64,000 nt of DNA from Candidatus Latescibacterota bacterium (GCA_965223905.1 CBDCXV010000010.1:800001-864000), one strand, 5' to 3'; counted from the first letter of the stretch, positions 45,281 through 55,960 are shown. Numbers and translations: made by a program. The notes: generated by a model not told the origin, from the letters alone.

Positions 45281-47830
45281 ATGAGGAAAACCGCCCGGGT
45301 ATTTCTGACTGGGTTTGCCTTTCTTTCACAGTCCGCCGCATTCCGCGCGGAGGCCCAGCAGCCGGAGACTTACTTTGCCGACGTTCCCATCCGGCTCGAG
45401 ACCCTCGACCCTGTTGTAAAGAAGGATTATCGCCTGCAGGATCTCTACTATCAGTATCAGTACGAGCCGTGGCGGTTCACCAACTACGCCCGGGACCACT
45501 ACCAGAGATACACGAGTGTCGACCTGGAGGGCGAGACGTGGTACGATGTCTTCGGCACGTACATCACCAGGGGTTTCGCGCTCTACTCCTGGAGCCAGAC
45601 GCAACCCCAGGCATTCGGCAGCGACGTTTTCAAACGGCACCAGTACGGAAGCTGGTTCAACAACCTCGTGGTCGCGAGTGACCGCAAGGGCCAATACCAC
45701 ATGGCCCTCACGGTCGGGGACGAGATTCGCACCACCCTCACCCCGCTGACCTTTTCGAAGCCTTCCTTCAGCGGCTTGCAGTGGGATTTCCTGTCGGACA
45801 AATACGAGCTCACCGCCCTGGCATCCCGCGTCAGCAGCCCCGGGTTCGCCGCGCAGTTTCGCGAACAGAAGGAAGGCCAGACCCTGACCTCCCTGGTCAA
45901 CCTCTTCGGCGGCCGCGGCACGGTACAGCTGGGCGACTTCGTCAAGGCCGGAGCCACCTACGTCAATGCGCAGGTAAACCGCACCGACCAGGCCTTTTAC
46001 GACAAAGGTCTGATCGAGGGGCAGTTGAGCTCTGATCAGAACCGCGACCTGATCAGGCGGATCACCATTCGCATCAGCGACCATTCACCCGGGGACGGCA
46101 AGGGAGGGGGCAGGCTGTTCTCGGAGAGGGTGTATTTGACGAGAGAGGACGAACCGCGGGCGCGCGAGGACGTCCGTCCGCTGGTCCAGGGTGGACTCAG
46201 GCGGGGCGGGGCCCTGGCCGCCGACGGCGGCGAGACCATCGAGCTGACCTACACCCTGCCGGAGCCGGAGAATATCAGGGAAATCGAGTTCGAGCTGGTG
46301 GTTTCCAACGACTACGTGATCGAGGTCACTTCCAATCTGCAGGAGCCCTTCTTCCTTCCGGTGGCTCAGGCGCGGGGGAACGTAACCGACGGATCCAACC
46401 AGACGGTGGTGCGCTTCGACTACGGTCTGCCCACCGCCCACGAGGTGGCAGGTCTGACTCTCGAGGTGAAAGACCTTCTGGGCATCCGGATGACCGGCGA
46501 GTACGACATCAGCCGCAGACGCAGGAAATCGCCCAATCCGAACTTTGCGTTTCACGGGAGCTCATTGATCAAGTCGAAGGCGTGGTACGGGGACCTCAGC
46601 TGGAATCGCTATCCCTATTTCGCCAGGGGAGAGGCGTTTTCCATCGAGCCCGAGTACCAGACAAGGATGTTCATCACCAACGAAATCGGCGTAATCAACT
46701 ACGACAACCCATCCCAGCACCTCTTCGAGTTCGTCGACGACAACGACGACGCCGACCGCACTCCCGACTGGAACCGAAGGTTCTCGGAACGCGACAACGA
46801 CGGCATCTTCCCCGGCTGGGACGAGAACAACGATTTCCGGCCGGACATCAATCGGAACACGAACAAGATACCGGACTACGAAGAGCCGTTTCTTCGGTAT
46901 TCGGTCGACCCCCCCGAATTCCTCTTCGGCGTCGACATGAACAACAACACCATCATCGATCGCTTCGAAGACGACGAGATGCCCGACTACCCCTACAAGC
47001 CGGATCACCACGGGTACAACGCCTACATCGGGACTGAAATCGTGCCCGACGTTCGCCTCCTCGTCGGCAGATCGCATGAAGAGCTCTGGTCGACCGACGA
47101 ACGCGCACGGGCGACCTACGCCCTGTTGACCGCCGAGAGGGTATTCCCCGGTCTTGGAAAGCTGAGAGTGTCCGAGCGAACGAAATTGGCGAAAGACGAC
47201 CTTCGGGACAACGTGCTTCAGTGGGTGCAGAGGAGGGGCACGTTCGGCCAGGACCGCGTCCTGCAGAAAGATCCCCTCGTGGCCCAGGACACCTGGATCA
47301 ATACAACCTTCCTGGGCTTCGACTACACCCGGATTTCCAATTTCAACAGTATCAACATCGTCAAGTACGAGTTCTACGATCAAAGGGACCCTGCCGAGGA
47401 CATGGCGGACCTGTCCCGGTTTCTGGGAATCATCAACAAGGCGGATTACACCTTGTCATTCAAAGGCCTGGAAATCCGACCCAAGATCAAGAGCATGTAC
47501 CGGTACCGGACACCCTTCATGAAGAACGAAAAGGATGTCAACGAGCTCACCGAGTTCCTGTCCATCGAGACCGACATTCCGGTGCTGAGCCGGTCCCGGC
47601 TGCAATTGGGCGTGGAGCAGGTCTTTTTCAACGATTGGACCGACGAGCAAAATTTCAACTCCCGAACCCTCGCCATGCAGTTCTCCAACTTCACCGCCTA
47701 TCTGGGATATGCAGTGACGACCAATGTCGGATTCTTGGTGGAGAACAGAAACTTCAGGGGTGCCTTCGAGGGCCGCCCCAGCGAGCGATTCACGAACGCA
47801 TTCATCAACATTTTCGCGGGTCTGGAATAG
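45281..47830 (+). CDS. Secreted 849-aa protein, putative outer-membrane beta-barrel with acidic Ca-binding loops
   Basis: Signal peptide; DDNDDADR, DNDGIFPGWDENND, DMNNNTIID; alternating aromatic strands ending NAFINIFAGLE. Confidence 0.65.
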   Translation: MRKTARVFLTGFAFLSQSAAFRAEAQQPETYFADVPIRLETLDPVVKKDYRLQDLYYQYQYEPWRFTNYARDHYQRYTSVDLEGETWYDVFGTYITRGFALYSWSQTQPQAFGSDVFKRHQYGSWFNNLVVASDRKGQYHMALTVGDEIRTTLTPLTFSKPSFSGLQWDFLSDKYELTALASRVSSPGFAAQFREQKEGQTLTSLVNLFGGRGTVQLGDFVKAGATYVNAQVNRTDQAFYDKGLIEGQLSSDQNRDLIRRITIRISDHSPGDGKGGGRLFSERVYLTREDEPRAREDVRPLVQGGLRRGGALAADGGETIELTYTLPEPENIREIEFELVVSNDYVIEVTSNLQEPFFLPVAQARGNVTDGSNQTVVRFDYGLPTAHEVAGLTLEVKDLLGIRMTGEYDISRRRRKSPNPNFAFHGSSLIKSKAWYGDLSWNRYPYFARGEAFSIEPEYQTRMFITNEIGVINYDNPSQHLFEFVDDNDDADRTPDWNRRFSERDNDGIFPGWDENNDFRPDINRNTNKIPDYEEPFLRYSVDPPEFLFGVDMNNNTIIDRFEDDEMPDYPYKPDHHGYNAYIGTEIVPDVRLLVGRSHEELWSTDERARATYALLTAERVFPGLGKLRVSERTKLAKDDLRDNVLQWVQRRGTFGQDRVLQKDPLVAQDTWINTTFLGFDYTRISNFNSINIVKYEFYDQRDPAEDMADLSRFLGIINKADYTLSFKGLEIRPKIKSMYRYRTPFMKNEKDVNELTEFLSIETDIPVLSRSRLQLGVEQVFFNDWTDEQNFNSRTLAMQFSNFTAYLGYAVTTNVGFLVENRNFRGAFEGRPSERFTNAFINIFAGLE

Positions 47831-47834
47831 GGGC

Positions 47835-49835
47835 GTGACCAGCGGTGGCAGAAAACGAACCCTGGCCCTGTTTCTGAGCGCCTTCGTCTCCGCATCTGCG
47901 AGCGGGGAGCAATGGGTCGTAGGCAACCAGCAACACCCCTGGGAGGAATGGGGCGGTGAAATGGCTCAGAGCCTGAGAAAGGGAGGAAAGGAACTCCAGG
48001 ACGAATGGGTCGATTGGGTCGGATTGGGGTTCCAGCAGGCAGGTCAGGAAGCGATTGTCGCCAGGATCGACGCGACCACGGATCCAGGCTGGCTGCAGCC
48101 GGTCCGGATAGATCCATCGATCAATCTGTCCTTCGGGCTCGCGCAACGCTCTCTCCGGGCGAAACCCATCTCCGACCGAGGCCACTTCGGGGAAGCTGCC
48201 CGCACCCTGCCCGGCCCGATCCCCGCCCCTCTGAATGCCATCGATGGCGATGCCGGAACTTTCATCTACAACAGGTCCGGGGTGGAGTTCAAAAACCACC
48301 AGACACTGTATTTCGATCTGGCCTGGCCCTTTCCGGTCAACCGCGTTCGCTTCTATCCCCGAACCGGATTCGAGCTCTTCTATATCCCCGCCTATACTTT
48401 CGTGATCAGCGAGGGGGATCCCGAAGATTATGTGCCGCTAAAAAGGGATCCGACCGGATACGACCTCTGGGATCAGGGCGTCAGGACATGGTCGACCGTC
48501 GCCGAGGTACCGATCAACACGGAAAGCGTTGTGGACCTGCACTTCCCCAGGCAATACGTGCGCTACCTCTCTCTCCAGGACACGCTCACCTCCGAAGACG
48601 CGAAGACGCGCTGGGAGATCGCGGAGTTCGAAGTATACGGGGAGGGCTACCTGCCGGGCTTCACCTACACCTCTGCAATACTCCCCTTTGAGAATGCGGC
48701 CAACTGGGGCGGACTGCACTGGCATGCCGAGGTCGACCCGGGAGCTTCCTTGAGCCTCCGGACACGAACCGGGCAGACTCCCAACCCCTACCGGTATTAC
48801 ATCAACACGGGCATAGGGCCGACAGGGCGGCAGGAAGTCACCCGGGAGGAATATCGCGCCACCGCGGACGACTTCAACCGGAAAGCGCTTGCAGGTCTGG
48901 TGACCGAGGATACCGACAACTGGAGTTTCTGGTCCCTGCCCTACACCGAAAGCGGTCAGACGATCGTGTCACCGGCGCCAGCGAGGTTCTTCCAGTTCGA
49001 GCTCTCCGTCACATCCACGCCCGATGCCCGGGCACGCGTCGATTCCGTGGTGATCGAGTTCTCCAGTCCTCCCGTGGCACAGGAGTTGGTGGGAGAGCTG
49101 GGGTACGGAGAAGTTCAGCCCGGCCGCTGGGAGCAGTTCCGCTACGCCATTCTGGCGCGCTTCGGGCCTGCGGATACGGGGTTCGACGCCGTTCGGATCG
49201 TCACGCCCGAGGAGGTGGACGAAGCCTCGATCCGCAACTTGGTGGTGGACGGCACGGCTGCGTCACCGGACTCCCTGCATCTGGCGGCCGACGGGTTTAC
49301 CCTCTTCCTGCCCGAGCACCGCGGTCCATCCGGCGGGGTCGACAGCACCCTTGTCGAGATCTCGTTCGCCACGCGCCTGTACGTCCACGGGACCAACCTG
49401 TCAGGCTCCGTCTTCGACAGCAGGACGCCGGAGGCGCTGGCTCAGGGCATTCTACCCGGTGACGCCACCGCGGCGCTGGACATCGACAACCTGCAAGTGG
49501 AGTGGGAACTGGGAGGGGCCCTGCTGGGTTCGGCGGTCGCAGCGCCCAATCCGTTTACGCCCAACGGGGACGGCGTCAACGATCGAGTGCAGATCGACTA
49601 CGGCCTGTTCCAGGTGGACCATGCAATACCCGTGACATTCACGGTCTATGACCTGAGCGGACGCGCGGTGTATGCGGTGACCCGAAGCGAGCAAAGCGGG
49701 CCCGGGTCCATACGCTGGGAGGGAACCGACGGGGCGGGCGCTCTCGTGTCGCCAGGTCTCTATGTGTGGCAGATCAAGGCCGATACGGGGGCAGGCGAAT
49801 TCGTGGAAAGCGGATTTGTTTCAGTTGCGTATTGA
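47835..49835 (+). CDS. Secreted discoidin-like protein with FlgD-Ig/CHU_C-type C-terminal domain (paralog 3)
   Basis: GTG 47835; NAIDGD, WEIAEFEVYGEG, NWGGLHW, WSFWSLPY, PNPFTPNGDGVND..YDLSGR..PGLY. Confidence 0.8.
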   Translation: MTSGGRKRTLALFLSAFVSASASGEQWVVGNQQHPWEEWGGEMAQSLRKGGKELQDEWVDWVGLGFQQAGQEAIVARIDATTDPGWLQPVRIDPSINLSFGLAQRSLRAKPISDRGHFGEAARTLPGPIPAPLNAIDGDAGTFIYNRSGVEFKNHQTLYFDLAWPFPVNRVRFYPRTGFELFYIPAYTFVISEGDPEDYVPLKRDPTGYDLWDQGVRTWSTVAEVPINTESVVDLHFPRQYVRYLSLQDTLTSEDAKTRWEIAEFEVYGEGYLPGFTYTSAILPFENAANWGGLHWHAEVDPGASLSLRTRTGQTPNPYRYYINTGIGPTGRQEVTREEYRATADDFNRKALAGLVTEDTDNWSFWSLPYTESGQTIVSPAPARFFQFELSVTSTPDARARVDSVVIEFSSPPVAQELVGELGYGEVQPGRWEQFRYAILARFGPADTGFDAVRIVTPEEVDEASIRNLVVDGTAASPDSLHLAADGFTLFLPEHRGPSGGVDSTLVEISFATRLYVHGTNLSGSVFDSRTPEALAQGILPGDATAALDIDNLQVEWELGGALLGSAVAAPNPFTPNGDGVNDRVQIDYGLFQVDHAIPVTFTVYDLSGRAVYAVTRSEQSGPGSIRWEGTDGAGALVSPGLYVWQIKADTGAGEFVESGFVSVAY

Positions 49836-49850
49836 CCCAGGAGCAGTGTC

Positions 49851-50243
49851 ATGAAAAGAATGCTCACCGTTCTCGCAGCGTTGGGTTTCGCGGCATCCCA
49901 TCCCGGCTGCGGAGCCACCGGGACCGGCATCGGCACCGCGAAGACCGGGATCCTTTTCATCAACGAATCGAACAGGGATGTCGATGTCACCATCGAAGGG
50001 TGTGACGAGTTCTTCCTGCCGGCGAGGCGAGGCAACACCTCGAGTCGGTACACAGCACGCTGCGAGTCGACGGAGGACGTGGTGTGGACGGTGCGCGCCC
50101 ATGGCGAGTGGGTGAAAAGGCCGGGGACTCCTCCCGTCATGGGCTCGCACGAGCACTTCGCCACCGCCAGGTCAGGCGACACCGTCTACGTCAGGAATTC
50201 CCACGCCATATTCGGTCTGCACGTGATCAGCGACGAGGAGTGA
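49851..50243 (+). CDS. Small secreted/lipoprotein, hypothetical
   Basis: aggag RBS, MKRMLTVLAALGFAA..GC leader. Confidence 0.65.
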   Translation: MKRMLTVLAALGFAASHPGCGATGTGIGTAKTGILFINESNRDVDVTIEGCDEFFLPARRGNTSSRYTARCESTEDVVWTVRAHGEWVKRPGTPPVMGSHEHFATARSGDTVYVRNSHAIFGLHVISDEE

Positions 50244-50261
50244 CCGCCTTGAACCACCCCC

Positions 50262-51023
50262 CTACACCAGTTCGTACTCCATGTAGCACTCCGGCGTGTT
50301 CAAATCGCCGTCGCGCGGCGGCTGCCGCGTCCAGTTCGCCTGCCGCACGCTTGCCCGCTGATCGATGAGCTGACGTCGCAGCAGGACCATCCGCAACAGG
50401 TCCCCTTTCTTCAGGGAGGCCGCCCCCTCCTCGGCGAGCCACTTCAACCCCGCCCAGGGCATCGCGATCTCGGCGTACCAGCCCCGGTCGATGTCGCTGC
50501 GGTCATCGAGCGTGCCCTCCACCTGCACCGCGGCGCGCAGTCCCGGAATCTCCCAGGGTGAGAAACACCAGCGCATGCCGCGCCGGTGGTGGGGGCCGCC
50601 GTCGCCTCCGAGCACCGATGGCCGCTGCCGCCCGAGGTCGAACTCCGGCACGTCGTAGCGACCGCCCCGGCGATAGGCATCCTTGAAGATGAAAAAGGCC
50701 GCCGACGTGGCCCCGCGGGGGTTGACGGCGACCCGGCAATGGGCGTCGGAACCCGCAAGGAGGATTTCACAGCAGTTTTCCTGCCATCCCAAAGGGCCGG
50801 GCCGTTCCCCGGTGCTGCAGACATCCCGGTCTTCGAGCCAGAAAGCGGCGTAGAGGTTGTCTGCGTCCCACATCAACGCCGCCCGGGTGTCGAACAGGGT
50901 CTGCCTTCGTCCCGTGGCGATATCGCCGAAGCGTGGAGAACGCTCCACCCCGGACCACGCCTCCTTTTCGAGCCGGCCGTCGATGTCGATCGGTCCCGGG
51001 GCCCGCTGAATGCGCTCACTCAT
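50262..51023 (-). CDS. Carbohydrate-binding family 9-like protein
   Basis: Start ATG 51023; IDGRLEKEAW, WDADNLYAAFWLED, DRGWYAEIAMPW. Confidence 0.8.
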   Translation of the reverse strand: MSERIQRAPGPIDIDGRLEKEAWSGVERSPRFGDIATGRRQTLFDTRAALMWDADNLYAAFWLEDRDVCSTGERPGPLGWQENCCEILLAGSDAHCRVAVNPRGATSAAFFIFKDAYRRGGRYDVPEFDLGRQRPSVLGGDGGPHHRRGMRWCFSPWEIPGLRAAVQVEGTLDDRSDIDRGWYAEIAMPWAGLKWLAEEGAASLKKGDLLRMVLLRRQLIDQRASVRQANWTRQPPRDGDLNTPECYMEYELV

Positions 51024-51858
51024 GGGGACCTCCTCCCGGGCTGCCGACGACGGCTTCGGAGAAGTGTATGAAGGTGAAGCGATCCGGTATGTGCGAGTCG
51101 TAAATCTGGTGGCTGTTCCATGCCCAGCCCGGGCAGTTGCGCACGCCGCCCTCATCGATCCACTGGAAGCGGGAGAAATCCATGCGCCACACGTCCCCCT
51201 CCCGGGCGGGAAGCGAGCGGCCGTCAGCCAGGTGCTTCAGCCCCTGCCACGGGAAGGCGATCTCCGCGGTCCAGCCCCGGTCGACGTCGCTGTCGTCGTT
51301 GATGGTGCCGTCGACGTGCACCCCCCACTTCAGCCCCGGCATATCCCAGTCGCGGAAGATCCATCGCCGCCCGCGAGGGTGGGCGTGGCCGCTCCCCTCG
51401 CCACCCAGGGTATCGACCGTCGGGTTGGCGACCAGGTCGAACTCGGGCAGCTCGGCGTACCCGGCTTCGATGTAGCGGTCCTGCCAGATATACAAACGCT
51501 CCATGATCGTTCCGAGGGCATTGAGCTCGAACTCGAAGTAGGCGTCTTCGCCGGCGATGAAGACCTCGACGTCGTTCTCCAGGCAGATCATCGAGTCGCG
51601 CTCGGTAAAGGTTGCGCGCACGTCCGGTTCTTCGAGCCAGAAGCCGACGTAGAGGTAGTCGTCGTCCCACAGAACCGCGGCCCGGGTGTCGTAGAGCGCC
51701 GGCCGCCCCGGCTCTTCCAGATCCTCGAAGCGCGGGGACCGCGGCGCCAGGTGCCAGGACGCTTCGTCGAGACGGCCGTCAACTGCAATCGGACCTGCCG
51801 CCCGCTGACTGGTGTAGTGTTTCAGCCCCTCCTCGGAATATCCATACTTGCTCGCCAA
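51016..51858 (-). CDS. Carbohydrate-binding family 9-like protein (tandem paralog)
   Basis: TTG 51858 after aaggagg; VDGRLDEASW, WDDDYLY, ENDVEVFI, YFEFELNA, GWTAEIAFPW. Confidence 0.85.
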   Translation of the reverse strand: MASKYGYSEEGLKHYTSQRAAGPIAVDGRLDEASWHLAPRSPRFEDLEEPGRPALYDTRAAVLWDDDYLYVGFWLEEPDVRATFTERDSMICLENDVEVFIAGEDAYFEFELNALGTIMERLYIWQDRYIEAGYAELPEFDLVANPTVDTLGGEGSGHAHPRGRRWIFRDWDMPGLKWGVHVDGTINDDSDVDRGWTAEIAFPWQGLKHLADGRSLPAREGDVWRMDFSRFQWIDEGGVRNCPGWAWNSHQIYDSHIPDRFTFIHFSEAVVGSPGGGPHE

Positions 51859-52245
51859 CTCATCCTCCTTTGGTAATTGGTGCCGCACCTTTTTCCCGGT
51901 TTGACCGCGGTCGGGACCGCTCCTTTGGTGCCCAGGTGGCGCTTGAAGTGACCTGGCAAATATAAAAAAGCTTCCTGGAGGCCCGGACCAGTTTACACCG
52001 CATCTGTCGCGGCCAATTTCTTTGAGAAAATCCATTCTTGATCTTCGAGCTCACGGCATGCCCGTTGGCCATCGTCACGGCGCCGGTTAAATTGACCGCG
52101 GCCAGGCTGACCAGGGGTTACCCCATCGGAGAAAGCACAAAGGCGCTCTTCAGCGGGGGTTCGGCCGGTAATCAGCTACCGCAACACCGTCCCGAAATCA
52201 AACCTTCTCCGGATCTTCACCAGCGCAATCAGGACCAACATCGCC

Positions 52246-53229
52246 ATGTTCATCCAGGAACAGCTCGGGCACGGGAGCCTGAACGACGACAATCTCGCCT
52301 TCTTCAAGGCGATCGGCGTCGACTACCTGACGATCAACCCGCTCCACTTCGCCGCCGACGACAAGGGGGAGCTGTCGACGTTCGACGAGATGGCCGGCTT
52401 CCTCAAGTCGGCGCGCGACCTGGCGGAGAAACACGGCCTGAAGCTGATGAACGTCGCCCTCGAGGGGCCCGACGACATCACCCTCGCCCGCCCCGGCCGC
52501 GACGCGAAGATCGAGCAGTGGAAGGACGCCCTGCGGGCGATGGCCGCGGCCGGCGTCCGCACCCTGGGCTACAACTTCAAGCCTATCGGCAACTTCCGCA
52601 CCGCCTCGGCCATCGGCCGCGGCGGCGCCCACTACAGCACCTTCGACTACGACGAGTGGCAGCGGACCGAGCCGGAATGGGAACCGCGGTCTCGCGGCAA
52701 GCAGATCGACGAAGCGGGCATGTGGGAGAACATCGCCTGGTTCCTCGAGCGCATTCTTCCGGTCGCCGAGGAGTGCGGGGTGCGCATGGCCCTGCACCCG
52801 GACGACCCTCCGATTCCCGCCCCGATGGGGGGCGCCGCGCGCATCGTCTCCACCCTGGAGCAGTACGAGCGCATCTTCGCGCTGGCGCCGAGCGACAGCA
52901 ACGCCATGCTCTTCTGCCAGGGCTGCGTCACCGAGATGGGGGTCGACGTGCTCGCTTCCATCCGCCGCATCGGCGCCCTCGGCAAGATCGCCTACGTCCA
53001 TTTCCGCAACGTGCGCGGCTCGCGCCGCCACTTCGAAGAGGTCTTCATCGACGAGGGGGACGTCGACATGTACCGCGCCATGCAGACCTACAGGGAATCC
53101 GGTTTCCAAGGCCCCTTCATGATGGACCACACCCCCTCCATCCCCGGCGACCGCGGGGGCCGAGAGGGCCACGCCCTGGCCACCGGCTTCATGCGCGCCA
53201 TGATCCAGGCGGTGTACGGCCGCGGCTGA
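52246..53229 (+). CDS. Mannonate dehydratase (UxuA) family, second paralog
   Basis: GYNF, GRGGA, LPVAEECGVRMALHPDDPP, FCQG, HFRNVRG, DEGDVDM, DHTP. Confidence 0.87.
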   Translation: MFIQEQLGHGSLNDDNLAFFKAIGVDYLTINPLHFAADDKGELSTFDEMAGFLKSARDLAEKHGLKLMNVALEGPDDITLARPGRDAKIEQWKDALRAMAAAGVRTLGYNFKPIGNFRTASAIGRGGAHYSTFDYDEWQRTEPEWEPRSRGKQIDEAGMWENIAWFLERILPVAEECGVRMALHPDDPPIPAPMGGAARIVSTLEQYERIFALAPSDSNAMLFCQGCVTEMGVDVLASIRRIGALGKIAYVHFRNVRGSRRHFEEVFIDEGDVDMYRAMQTYRESGFQGPFMMDHTPSIPGDRGGREGHALATGFMRAMIQAVYGRG

Positions 53230-53272
53230 AGGCCGCCGCCTGCCCGCCTCCATCCCGACCGGAGGACCCGTC

Positions 53273-53719
53273 ATGCCGCTGATCCTCTTGCTGCCGCTGC
53301 TGGCCCTGGCCGGCGGCTGCGCCGACCCCTGCGCCACCCCGGAGAACGAGAAGGTCCTCGCCGCCGCGGCTGCCGAGAAAGGGGCGGTGCGCGCCGAGTC
53401 CGGGCTCGTGTTCAGGCAGCTCAAGGCCGGCCTCGGCCCCAAGCCGCAACCGCGCCATCGCGTCAAGGTTTTCTACGAAGGGCGCCTGCCGGACGGCACC
53501 GTGTTCGACAGCTCCCAAAAGCAGGGCCGCGCCGCGGAGTTCAAGCTGTCCGGGGTGATCCCCGGGTGGGTGGAGGGCCTGCAGATGCTCAGCGGGGGCG
53601 GCAAGGCCAAGCTCACCATCCCCCCGGACCTCGCCTACGGGAAGAAGGGCAAGCCGGGCAAGATCCCTCCCTGCTCGGTGCTGATCTTCGAGATCGAGCT
53701 GCTCGGCATCTCGGACTGA
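53273..53719 (+). CDS. FKBP-type peptidyl-prolyl isomerase (probable lipoprotein)
   Basis: YEGRLPDGTVFDSS, VIPGWVEGL, IPPDLAYG, IPP..LIFEIELL. Confidence 0.92.
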   Translation: MPLILLLPLLALAGGCADPCATPENEKVLAAAAAEKGAVRAESGLVFRQLKAGLGPKPQPRHRVKVFYEGRLPDGTVFDSSQKQGRAAEFKLSGVIPGWVEGLQMLSGGGKAKLTIPPDLAYGKKGKPGKIPPCSVLIFEIELLGISD

Positions 53720-53771
53720 AAGGACCCTGCCCTGCCCTCGCCTCGCCAGCGGTTCGGGGCGGCGAGCCCGG

Positions 53772-54878
53772 CTATCCCTGCAGGCGGCGCACTCGCGCCG
53801 GGGTTTGGTCCTGTCCGATTTCCGCGGAAAGGATCCCGAGCGAGCGGTCGGCGAGGGGCAGGTCGACGCGGGTGAAGCCGCGGCGGTGGGACTCGCGCAG
53901 GGCCACGGCGATCTCCAGGGCGTGACGGGCGTCGGCGCCGGAACAGCGCGGCTTGCCGCCGCTCTCGGCCGCGGTGAGGATGTCGTCGACGATGGTCAGC
54001 CCCATCCCCTGAATGTGGGTGGGGTAGGGGAACGGCAGCCGCGCCGGCTGCGGGCGGCCCCGCGGACCTCCCGGCACCGACTTCCACAGCTCGAACTGCA
54101 GGGCATGTTCCAGGATGCGCACCCGCCCCTCGGTTCCCAGCACGTCGAACTCCCAGGCAGTCGCCTCCCCGGTAGGCATCGCCCGCAGGAACCCGCGGGC
54201 GCCGTTGTCGAAGGCGAAGTAGCCGTTCCCCTGGGGATCTTCCTCCCCCGCGGCCGCGGCGTCTGATTCGAGCTCGCCGAACAGCCAGCTGACGTTGCCG
54301 TCGAGGGCGAGGTAGCGCATCGCGTCGATGGCGTGGCTGCCGTTGTGCGACAGCCCGCACTGGGCATAGGCCGTCACCTGCAGCAGCTCGCCGATCTCGC
54401 CGGCGGCGATCAGCTCGCGGGCGCTGGTGTAGTGGGGGTTCCAGCGCCGCGCGCAGTTCACGGCGAGGGCGACCCCCTTGCCGGCGCAGACCTCGACCAT
54501 GCGGTCCGCCTCCTCCAGGGTCAGGGCGATCGGTTTCTCCGCCCAGATTGCACGGGCCCCCGAGGCGGCCACCTCCTCGACTATCTGCGACCGCACGCGC
54601 GCCGTGGTGCAGACGCTGACGATCTCCGGCTGCTCCTTTGCGAGCAGATCCCGGTAGTCGGCGTACACGTGCCCCTGCATGCCCCAGCGTTCCGCGTAGA
54701 TCGAGCGCTGCCCGTCGTGGGGGTCGGCGGCGCCCACCAGCTCGGTACGCGGTGAGGCGACAAAGGCCGGGGTGTGGCAGTACGGCAGATAGATCGAACC
54801 GCCGCGCGTCATCTCGTCGTCGAAGGTGCTGCCCATGCGTCCGAGGCCGATCACGGCCGCCCGGTACTGTCTGCTCAT
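53772..54878 (-). CDS. Gfo/Idh/MocA oxidoreductase
   Basis: IGLGRMG, WAEKPIA, HNGSHAID. Confidence 0.9.
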   Translation of the reverse strand: MSRQYRAAVIGLGRMGSTFDDEMTRGGSIYLPYCHTPAFVASPRTELVGAADPHDGQRSIYAERWGMQGHVYADYRDLLAKEQPEIVSVCTTARVRSQIVEEVAASGARAIWAEKPIALTLEEADRMVEVCAGKGVALAVNCARRWNPHYTSARELIAAGEIGELLQVTAYAQCGLSHNGSHAIDAMRYLALDGNVSWLFGELESDAAAAGEEDPQGNGYFAFDNGARGFLRAMPTGEATAWEFDVLGTEGRVRILEHALQFELWKSVPGGPRGRPQPARLPFPYPTHIQGMGLTIVDDILTAAESGGKPRCSGADARHALEIAVALRESHRRGFTRVDLPLADRSLGILSAEIGQDQTPARVRRLQG

Positions 54879-54912
54879 CTCTCGCCTGCCTGTCTGCTAT
54901 ATACCAGGTGGG

Positions 54913-55960
54913 TTAATTTGTGGCCCTTTCCAACACCTTTTCCGCAGCTTTCAAATTCTCAACTGTCTTTTCGATGTGGAACCTGCCGTCGCCATGAAAT
55001 GCCAACCAATCTCCTTTCCATTGGGCGACAGTCATAAAAGATCCCGCTCTCATGACATTAGGTCTTTGCACGGATTCTCCTCCTGTTTCACAAATCTTCT
55101 GATGCCACTTCCATTTCAAGTCATTTCGTTCATCAGATTTTCCAGCGTACACTTTAAAACAAAGAAATTGCTTCTCCTTATTTCCCGGATGAATTTCCAA
55201 TTGCAAGTTACAATTTGCCAGCCAATGCCAGTAGAAACCAAGAAACCCCCCGGCTGGATTGGGCACATACCCCCAATCACCATGGCCTAATTTTTCCTCA
55301 AGGCATTGAAAAAAACCTTCCCAAGAAGCCCATGACCAACATCCTATTTTTTCTTTTTGCCAATTTTTGAAACTATTGGTGTCGTCTTCTTTCTGACCTA
55401 GGTAATCTCTGAAATCTGTGAGAATGGGATTGCTTCCTCGGTATTTATTCAATACAGACGATAAGAATTCATGCCGATGGAAGACCTTATAACACGACTT
55501 GGTTTCAATCTCAGTGTCCTTGCATTTTGACTGATTGCCCGTCTTGAGATAGAGCGCATAAAGGTTGCGGTCGTCGACTTTGGAGAGGGATGTCAGTCCC
55601 TCCTTTACTGCATCATACGTATCGCTGTAACTGTCCACTGTGATCCTTGGTTCCCGTCTTATCCTCAACGAGAAGTATATATTCTTTCTTTTCGCTATTG
55701 ATTCTCGCCAGCACATCAATGCTATGGTCTTGCTGATATATTTCAGTCTTGTTGATCTCTTCGTTTGGACCCAGATTAACATCATGCTTTCTCAGCAATG
55801 CTTGCACGAACAGGCGGCCACAATCCCGTAACGCTCTCTCTTCCTCATCTTGAACATTCTCTTGTCCCGACCAATCAATCAGCCAGCATATCATGGCATC
55901 TTGCGATAGCTCTTTGGTTGCATAGCTAAATATGTTTGGGCGGCAACACGACTCTTCCAT
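54913..55960 (-). pseudogene. Low-GC PD-(D/E)XK nuclease-family gene split by a +1 frameshift
   Basis: NIFSYATKELSQDAMICWL..IDVL..VEDK..QLQRY; removing the base at 55618 continues YDAVKE..YLKTG..WGYVPNPAGGFLGFYW. Confidence 0.75.
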
